DNA of 64,000 nucleotides, taken from assembly GCA_026397405.1 (NCBI GenBank), contig JAPLUW010000001.1, positions 339,977 through 403,976 on the forward strand, given 5' to 3'. This document shows, piece after piece, positions 57,938-64,000 of the stretch. The notes beneath the pieces are model-generated. The model was not told the origin of the DNA, made no database searches, and was given only the letters and a program-made list of their open reading frames with translations. Each line of letters opens with the position of its first letter. Within the stretch, counting starts at the first letter, position 1. Source of the DNA: Candidatus Adlerbacteria bacterium. Lineage in GTDB: Bacteria; Patescibacteriota; Minisyncoccia; Phycocordibacterales; SBAW01. A program made the translations under genes and the position numbers.

Positions 57938-59572
57938 ATGGCAGCAACTCCTAAATATATTTTTGTGGTGGGCGGGGTGATGTCGGGTGTTGGTAAGGGC
58001 GTTGCAACGTCGTCTATTGGGAAAATACTTAAAGCAAAAGGTTTTAAAGTTACTGCAATAAAAATTGACCCCTACATTAACGTCGACGCGGGCACGATGA
58101 ACCCGACCGAACACGGCGAATGTTTTGTGTTAAACGACGGCTACGAAACCGACCAAGACATGGGCAACTACGAGCGCTTTTTAGATGAGTCTCTGCCAGA
58201 AGTTAACTACATGACAACCGGCCGCGTATATTTAGAAGTTATACGCCGTGAACGCAATTTGGAATATGGGGGCAAAAATGTCGAAGTGGTTCCTGACGTA
58301 CCGCTTGAAGTTATTCGCCGTATTACCGCAGCGCAGGCAAATGCAAAAGCTGACGTAACGATAATTGAAGTGGGCGGCACCATTGGCGAGTACCAAAATA
58401 TTATATTTTTGGAAGCGGCCCGCATGCTCAAGCAAAAATTCCCACGCGATGTGGCTATTGTGATGGTTTCCTACGTGCCAATACCTGGCAACATAGGCGA
58501 GATGAAGACAAAGCCCACACAGTACGCGGCGCGCTCGCTTAACTCAGTGGGTTTGCAAGCCGACGTTATTTTGGCGCGGGCCAGTGTGCCGCTCGACGAA
58601 AAGCGGAAGGAAAAAATTGCAGTCTTTTGCAACATCCCTAACGACCGGGTTATCTCGGCGCCCGATGTGGAAAGTATCTACGACGTCCCCGGTAATTACG
58701 AAAAAGACGGTCTCGGCACTATTTTGACCGATGTGCTGTCGCTTGAAGCGCGCCCAACCGACTTGAGCGACTGGGAAGCATTTGTACAAAAATCTAAAAG
58801 TGCGACAGAAGAGGTGAACATTGCCGTTGTCGGTAAATATTTTTCATCTGGAGAGTTTGTATTGTCCGATGTATACATTTCAGTATTGGAGGCAATTAAG
58901 ACAGCAGCGTATCATCTAGGCCTTAAGCCAAAAATTACCTATATAAGTTCGCAAGACTTCCAGTCGGGCAAATTGCCACTGAGTGAACTAGACAAGTTTG
59001 CGGGTGTTGTGGTGCCTGGCGGCTTTGGCGAAACAGGTGTCGAGGGTTTGATTATGACTGTGCAGTATTGTCGCGAAAATAAAATACCATACTTTGGCCT
59101 GTGCTACGGTATGCAGTTGGCGGTGATAGAATATGCGCGCAACGTTGCAGGCCTTGCAGGTGCACACACAACCGAAATTAAAAAAGATGCGCCATACCCA
59201 GTTATTGACATCATGGCGACGCAAAAAGACATTGTCGAAAAAGGGAACTACGGCGGCACCATGCGCTTGGGTGCGTACCCGTGTGTTGTGGCGTCTGGCA
59301 CGACTGCAGCCGATGCGTATGGGAAAGGAGAAATTTCTGAACGTCATCGCCACCGGTTTGAAGTAAACCCAGCCTATGTGGCGCAGCTCGAAAAAGCAGG
59401 GTTAGTATTTTCCGGCAAGTCGCCAAGCGGAGTGCTCATGGAAATTGCCGAACTCCCTAAAGACAAACACCCATTTTTCCTTGGGACTCAGTTCCATCCC
59501 GAACTTCTCTCGCGACCGCTTACTCCGCACCCACTCTTTTTGGCATTTTTGAAAGTTGCCGGTAAAAAGTAG
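57938..59572 (+). CDS. pyrG: CTP synthase
   Basis: N-terminal synthetase domain (KYIFVVGGVMSGVGKG) and C-terminal GATase with the GLCYGMQ catalytic Cys. Confidence 0.9.
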   Translation: MAATPKYIFVVGGVMSGVGKGVATSSIGKILKAKGFKVTAIKIDPYINVDAGTMNPTEHGECFVLNDGYETDQDMGNYERFLDESLPEVNYMTTGRVYLEVIRRERNLEYGGKNVEVVPDVPLEVIRRITAAQANAKADVTIIEVGGTIGEYQNIIFLEAARMLKQKFPRDVAIVMVSYVPIPGNIGEMKTKPTQYAARSLNSVGLQADVILARASVPLDEKRKEKIAVFCNIPNDRVISAPDVESIYDVPGNYEKDGLGTILTDVLSLEARPTDLSDWEAFVQKSKSATEEVNIAVVGKYFSSGEFVLSDVYISVLEAIKTAAYHLGLKPKITYISSQDFQSGKLPLSELDKFAGVVVPGGFGETGVEGLIMTVQYCRENKIPYFGLCYGMQLAVIEYARNVAGLAGAHTTEIKKDAPYPVIDIMATQKDIVEKGNYGGTMRLGAYPCVVASGTTAADAYGKGEISERHRHRFEVNPAYVAQLEKAGLVFSGKSPSGVLMEIAELPKDKHPFFLGTQFHPELLSRPLTPHPLFLAFLKVAGKK

Positions 59573-59579
59573 AACGTAT

Positions 59580-60641
59580 ATGAAATTGCGCCGAACACAT
59601 GCCCTAGTTGTTTTGGGGGCGTTGCTGGGCGGTGTTGTTCTTGGTTGGTATATACGTGCTTTCGCCGTGCCGGCAGGTGTGTATCGAGGCGCAATTATCC
59701 GCGACGACAACAGCGGCTATTCTCTTATCGACCCCATACTTGCGTGTGACATTGGCCCGGAGGACGCATTTCCAGAATTAAATCCCGTAAAACAGGCAAT
59801 TACTAATACTATTGCTGACGACATACGTGCAAAAAATGCAGGGGCAATATCTGTGTATGTACGCTTGCTCAAGAGTGGGAAGTGGTTTGTCATAAACCCC
59901 GACAGTACGTATGCTCCGGCGAGTTTGCTCAAGGTGTTTATTATGACCTCATACTATAAAGAAAATGAGGACTACCCTGGTGTGCTAAACAAGCAACTTG
60001 TGTATCAAGGTTCAGAAAATCCAACCGACGACAACCCAGGCGAAGTCATACCACATTTGACCTCCGGACAGTCATACAGTGTCCGAGATATCATCCGACA
60101 GATGATAGTCTATTCCGACAACGATGCGTTCAATACACTTGTAAATAACTTCGATGCAAAAACACTCGCTGCGTTTAATGATATTTTTACAGACTTAAAC
60201 ATTCCTTCGCCCGCAACACAAAGCGAAGACAAACTCCAGTTTATGACCGTAAGCGCCTACGCCACCATCTTCCGTGTGTTGTTTGGGGCAACGTACCTAA
60301 CGCGCGACGACTCCGAACGAGCACTTTCACTCCTTACACAAGCGCAGTATAAAGACGGGATCGTGTCGGGGGTACCCGCGTCACTTGCGGTTGCTCATAA
60401 GTTTGGTGTGCGGAGCATTCCTGCAACTACAACTATGCCTGCGGCAAGTGAACTCCACGACTGTGGCGTGGTGTACTACCCAGGCCACCCATACTTGTTG
60501 TGTGTCATGACGCACGGTACAGATTTTGCAGACTTGCAAAAAGACGTAGCGGACATTTCAAAAGTTACCTATCAACAAATGGACGCGTACTACGCCAGCC
60601 GCCCTACTGCTGCAACGTCTACGCCTGTGGTGGGGAAGTAG
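59580..60641 (+). CDS. Class A beta-lactamase-family serine hydrolase (membrane-anchored)
   Basis: N-terminal TM/signal, SxxK (PASLLK), SDN (YSDNDAFN) and a K[FT]G-like motif (HKFGV). Confidence 0.6.
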   Translation: MKLRRTHALVVLGALLGGVVLGWYIRAFAVPAGVYRGAIIRDDNSGYSLIDPILACDIGPEDAFPELNPVKQAITNTIADDIRAKNAGAISVYVRLLKSGKWFVINPDSTYAPASLLKVFIMTSYYKENEDYPGVLNKQLVYQGSENPTDDNPGEVIPHLTSGQSYSVRDIIRQMIVYSDNDAFNTLVNNFDAKTLAAFNDIFTDLNIPSPATQSEDKLQFMTVSAYATIFRVLFGATYLTRDDSERALSLLTQAQYKDGIVSGVPASLAVAHKFGVRSIPATTTMPAASELHDCGVVYYPGHPYLLCVMTHGTDFADLQKDVADISKVTYQQMDAYYASRPTAATSTPVVGK

Positions 60642-60817
60642 TGGTAAGATCTATTTCTTCCGTAATTCAAAAATCATAAACGCAGGAATTTTTTGATGTA
60701 TCTCCCTTCAGTAAACTCTCTTAAGTTTGCTGCTTGAGTTAGATATGTTTAGAACTATTGGTTGGAAGTTGGCTGGGTAGTAATAAATATACAACCCTCG
60801 TGGGTATTGCTCTTACT

Positions 60818-61147
60818 CTAGCAATCACAAGGTTTTTCTTTGAGAATAGCTTTTTGTTCCTTAAGCGTATTGATAAACACGCTCTGGCTGCCTGACCCCG
60901 TTGCAAGTTTTTTATCAAGCGGCGTGTGATGCCGGTACCCTCTGCGGGCAAATTCTTTTACTAGCGCTTCGTGCCGCAGATACAGAGCTTTCTGCTTGCC
61001 TACCCAGCGCAAGGTTTCCGGATGGTGCGAATAACCGCCCTTCCCTTTATGTTTCGTCAAAATATTCCACAAACCGTGGAGCTCACGATGCTCTGCGAGC
61101 AAATGCTTTCGGCACAAATGTTTAGGATGTATATCCCATACACGCAT
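60818..61147 (-). CDS. Pyrimidine dimer DNA glycosylase (T4 endonuclease V / DenV-like)
   Basis: N-terminus MRVWDIHPKHLCRKHLLAEHRELHGLW parallels T4 endoV ([28 protein letters not shown]). 109 aa. Confidence 0.6.
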   Translation of the reverse strand: MRVWDIHPKHLCRKHLLAEHRELHGLWNILTKHKGKGGYSHHPETLRWVGKQKALYLRHEALVKEFARRGYRHHTPLDKKLATGSGSQSVFINTLKEQKAILKEKPCDC

Positions 61148-61148
61148 A

Positions 61149-61546
61149 CTATTTTAGTGCTGTGATGATGAAATACGCAATGATGCTCGTCAAAGCCGTA
61201 AGGACGGCGCCCCACGTCATGTCTACCAGAGTCATGGTTGTTGGCCAGCGTGCAATAGTCGCCTGGTTGGTAAGATCATACGCACCGTAGGCAACGAGCC
61301 CCAAGAGTGCACCGCGCCAAAGCGCCTCAAACCACGAGACTGAAGAAACTGCCGGCACTACTGCAAGCATAAGCACACCAACTGCGTAGAGTGGATAAAA
61401 AATGCAACAGGCGCGAGATTAATAGTTTTGCTAAACAAGAATCCCATCTGTTCAGCGTAAAATTTCTTTGCAAGCAACAAAATCCACACCATGTCTAATG
61501 CGGTAAGGGGAACGAGGGTTGCGATATATGCGATAAATATGTTCAT
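61149..61546 (-). pseudogene. DUF2177-like small membrane protein interrupted by a 1-nt homopolymer frameshift
   Basis: Two overlapping ORFs (61358-61546 and 61149-61376) in different frames. Adding one base to the A6/T6 run at 61395-61400 joins them into one protein of about 130 aa (..NLAPVAFFYPLYAVGVLMLAVVPAV..AYGAYDLTN..). Confidence 0.55.
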
Positions 61547-61555
61547 ACAAGTATG

Positions 61556-62230
61556 CTAGCGTATTTCAACCATTACTTCATTACGTGTCATCCAAGGTGG
61601 AGTCCATGGCGCATTGTACCCGGCATACTGCGGCACTCCGATAGAAGCGACCTTATCGCGAGCAAGGTCAGCCACCAACTGTTTCTCCATGAGCTGTACT
61701 CGAGCATCGGTGGCATACCAAGAGAAGGTGAGGACTGCCATTTTTTGAGCAGAAACTTCAACTAACTTGACTCTTGGGTCGGTGGGCGTTGGCAGAGTCT
61801 CCAGTGTGTATGAGCGAGGCATGCCAAAAGAAATGGTGTGGGAGTTGCCATCCACATTTGCTGTTACTGGGGCGGTCATGGCTATCGTCTGCGACGTATC
61901 TTTAGAAGTCACTGGGGCCGTCATTGCAATACTTTCTTTTTTCGTATTGCCTCCAAATATATATGCAGCAACGATCCGAAAGCCTTGATTTAAGGAATCC
62001 TGATACGACCCCTCTACAGTGGTCTGTGCGACAATATGGGCTGGATAATTCCGGACCTCATAGCCATCGGCTTTTTGTATGACCGTATATTCTGCCTGCT
62101 CCACCCGGGAAGAAAAATAGCCAACCAAGGACCATAGGACAAGAATGAGGATACCCGCGATAAAAAACCATAAGAGTACTTTCACTACTCTATTGTAGCA
62201 TTTTGGTACTACTGATATACATACAGACAT
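61556..62230 (-). CDS. SOUL heme-binding family protein with an N-terminal membrane anchor
   Basis: HBP/SOUL motifs (YEVRNYPAHIVAQTTVEG..., GGNTKKESIAMTAPV). The start is uncertain: ATG 62230 lies back-to-back with the divergent gene start, and an internal GTG is possible. Confidence 0.6.
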   Translation of the reverse strand: MSVCISVVPKCYNRVVKVLLWFFIAGILILVLWSLVGYFSSRVEQAEYTVIQKADGYEVRNYPAHIVAQTTVEGSYQDSLNQGFRIVAAYIFGGNTKKESIAMTAPVTSKDTSQTIAMTAPVTANVDGNSHTISFGMPRSYTLETLPTPTDPRVKLVEVSAQKMAVLTFSWYATDARVQLMEKQLVADLARDKVASIGVPQYAGYNAPWTPPWMTRNEVMVEIR

Positions 62231-62956
62231 ATGGCAAAAAAGAAGCCCGTAGAAATACCGGAGGAACCCAAGTTTCCTATGCGCATCAACAAATATCTGG
62301 CGTTTAAGAAACAAACAACCAGGCGTGAGGCCGATGTGCTGATTGGACGAATGTTTGTAACCATAAACGGGACAGCAGCGAAGCTGGGCGACAAGGTGTC
62401 ACAGACCGATATTGTAAAGATAGGTGGGCCGCAGCGAAAATATAGATACTACGCCTACAATAAACCGCAGGGCATTATTACCCATTCGCCACAAGGTGAT
62501 GAAGTATCTATTGCTGACAGCATCAATATGCCGGGGATATTCCCTATGGGCAGGCTCGATAAAGATTCGGACGGCCTGATACTCCTAACAGATGACGGCC
62601 GCGTGACTGACGCCCTACTTAATCCAAAACATGAACATGAAAAGGAATATGTCGTCACAACGCTACACATGCTGCCAAAAGATTTTAAACGAAATATGGA
62701 ACGAGGTGTCGACATTGGTGACTACATTACAAAAAAATGTACGGTGGAGATACTGAGCGAACGTAGCTTTTCAATTATTTTGACCGAAGGCAAAAAACAT
62801 CAAATCCGCCGTATGTGCGGCGTGTTTGGCCAAAGTGTCGTCCAGCTTACGCGAGTGCGAATTATGGACATACATCTTGGCAGCCTCGCGGAAGGTGCGT
62901 ACCGAGAAATGAAAAAAACGGAACTCAGTACTTTTTTACAGGCAATTGGATTATAA
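62231..62956 (+). CDS. Pseudouridine synthase, RsuA/RluF family (S4 domain plus catalytic domain)
   Basis: S4-like N-terminus and the catalytic Asp motif GRLDKDSDGLILLTDDG. Confidence 0.8.
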   Translation: MAKKKPVEIPEEPKFPMRINKYLAFKKQTTRREADVLIGRMFVTINGTAAKLGDKVSQTDIVKIGGPQRKYRYYAYNKPQGIITHSPQGDEVSIADSINMPGIFPMGRLDKDSDGLILLTDDGRVTDALLNPKHEHEKEYVVTTLHMLPKDFKRNMERGVDIGDYITKKCTVEILSERSFSIILTEGKKHQIRRMCGVFGQSVVQLTRVRIMDIHLGSLAEGAYREMKKTELSTFLQAIGL

Positions 62957-63028
62957 ATTTTAAGAATCTGTTTTGGCTTAAAAATCAGCTGCAGGGGTTG
63001 GATGCGTTCAAAACGGTTGATTGGGAGA

Positions 63029-63427
63029 CTACAGCGACTTTAGAACTTCTTTCACAAAATCTATGACCTTTTCGTTCTGTAATGCTTCCTCCAGAGTTAG
63101 CTCAACGATAGACCTTCCTTCATGGAGTTCCAATTTGGACGGATCTATTCTTTTTGCGAGAAACATCTGGCAGTAGTCACCAGGCATATTAGGTTCTGGA
63201 AAAGCCCCAATTTCCTCTAAATCTTCTTTTTCCAGATATAGGCTGAGTTCTTCTCTCATCTCTCGTACTGCACATTGAATGATAGTTTCGCCCTGTTCTA
63301 GCCCGCCACCAAAATTTGCGATTCTGTCTGGAAATATCTTTGTATTATTATCACGTTCTTGAAACAAGAATGTGCCTTTTACAGTTTGTAAAATAACACC
63401 TGCTCCAGTTACATTCTTCTCTGTCAT
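63029..63427 (-). CDS. NUDIX hydrolase (low-GC gene abutting tRNA-Gln)
   Basis: Nudix box GGGLEQGETIIQCAVREMREELSL. Local GC is about 40%, compared with roughly 50% for the window. Confidence 0.65.
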   Translation of the reverse strand: MTEKNVTGAGVILQTVKGTFLFQERDNNTKIFPDRIANFGGGLEQGETIIQCAVREMREELSLYLEKEDLEEIGAFPEPNMPGDYCQMFLAKRIDPSKLELHEGRSIVELTLEEALQNEKVIDFVKEVLKSL

Positions 63428-63435
63428 ATTAATTG

Positions 63436-63506
63436 CTGCCAGACTTGGACTCGAACCAAGATAAACGGATTCAGAGTCCGTTGTCCTACCATTAGACGAT
63501 CTGGCA
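63436..63506 (-). tRNA. tRNA-Gln (CUG)
   Basis: Acceptor TGCCAGA/TCTGGCA, discriminator G, anticodon loop CTCTGAA, T-arm CTTGG-TTCGAGT-CCAAG. Confidence 0.8.
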
Positions 63507-63677
63507 ATACAGCTCCAAAATACACCGAAACAGCCTTCTTTTCAATCCTCTCCTCTTTTGTTATAACCAAGACGCCGAACTTGTGGGGCAGCACGATGGG
63601 CGGGCATCTTAGAAGCGGATGCCCGTTATTGAAACCGTAACAGGTCACCATCGGCGCAAGCCTTACGAGTTCGGCAC

Positions 63678-63710
63678 CCCCCCCCGCACAGTGCGGGGTT
63701 ATTTAATTCT
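63678..63710 (+). terminator. Hairpin CCCCGCA-CAG-TGCGGGG followed by TTATTTAATT
   Basis: Inverted repeat plus a T-rich tract, lying at the end of a roughly 200-nt ORF-free structured region. Confidence 0.45.
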
Positions 63711-63756
63711 CGGGTAGAATGAAATTATAAAAATTTGTAAAGAGCAGTACGCGCAC

Positions 63757-64000
63757 ATGTATTTTTTGTATATTCTCCAGTGCAAAGACGGCTCGTTGTA
63801 CACGGGCATTACGACCGATGTTGCGAGGCGTTTTGCTGAACACAAACAGGGGATTGGTAGCCACTATACGCGCGCACGAAAAGCCAAAAAAATAGTATAT
63901 ACCGAAGAATGTGCAAACCGCAGTGTGGCTTCAAAACGTGAAGCAGAAGTAAAAAAGATGCCGCGCGCGCAAAAACTCATGTTAGTGAAGTCTGCTATAG
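63757..64000 (+). CDS. GIY-YIG nuclease superfamily protein (YhbQ/UPF0213-like), truncated by the window end
   Basis: MYFLYILQCKDGSLYTGITTDVARRFAEHKQG...YTRARKAKKIVYTEE. This carries the GIY-YIG beta-hairpin and the conserved Arg/Glu of the family. No stop is reached before the window ends. Confidence 0.6.
   Translation, partial: MYFLYILQCKDGSLYTGITTDVARRFAEHKQGIGSHYTRARKAKKIVYTEECANRSVASKREAEVKKMPRAQKLMLVKSAI

Noticed and set aside
62989-63003. Putative att direct repeat for the tRNA-Gln islet
   Set aside because: Only 10 of 15 matches to the tRNA 3' end, which is too weak to call. It is mentioned in the finding as tentative.
63560-63700. Possible SRP (4.5S) RNA
   Set aside because: It has only a GNRA hairpin and an AACAGGUCA fragment. 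It lacks the conserved GGUCAGG...AAGCAGCC domain IV pairing. It is kept only as an unnamed structured-RNA candidate.

Overview
The 64-kb window is densely coded (about 50% GC) and looks like a reduced Patescibacteria/CPR-type genome (inference). Evidence: ribosomal protein L30 is missing between rpsE and rplO, many genes overlap or are tightly coupled, there is a large type IV pilus/competence cluster (comFC, pilMNO, pilB, pilT, pilC, pilD and six pilin-like genes), RF2 is minimal and lacks its frameshift site, and the S10/spc operon stops after map.

Main gene blocks, in order:
- Ribosomal spc-type operon: rpsC, rplP, rpmC, rpsQ, rplN, rplX, rplE, a 665-bp insertion carrying a convergent Cys/His-rich gene, rpsN(Z), rpsH, rplF, rplR, rpsE, rplO, secY. 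This is followed by gmk, adk, map and ndk.
- A beta-CASP MBL ribonuclease and a LOG/TIGR00725-like protein.
- Two tandem paralogous giant secreted low-complexity proteins.
- infC-rpmI-rplT on the minus strand.
- A membrane protein with Fn3-like repeats, then an ECF sigma/anti-sigma pair preceded by a perfect 20-bp palindrome.
- A PG-binding secreted protein, a HIT protein, and a GC-rich two-gene islet lying directly at the 3' end of ssrA (tmRNA) next to smpB.
- ftsH, a tRNA-Ile with anticodon UAU, recG, malic enzyme, a GC-rich lysC, tRNA-Ser, and an RND efflux pair.
- The T4P cluster, in which pilD is frameshifted.
- ligA, gatC and gatA.
- A His-rich membrane protein with a DUF4145/HEPN-like C-terminus.
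- A five-tRNA cluster (fMet, Met/Ile2, Asp, Thr, Thr) interrupted by a membrane methyltransferase.
- Nudix, a short prfB, ftsE, ftsX, pyrG and a class-A beta-lactamase-like hydrolase.
- A denV-like glycosylase, a DUF2177 gene frameshifted at a homopolymer, a SOUL protein, a pseudouridine synthase, a low-GC Nudix gene abutting tRNA-Gln, and a partial GIY-YIG gene at the window end.

No CRISPR array, rRNA gene or transposase was seen. Every call rests on reading the sequence and on family knowledge; no searches were run.
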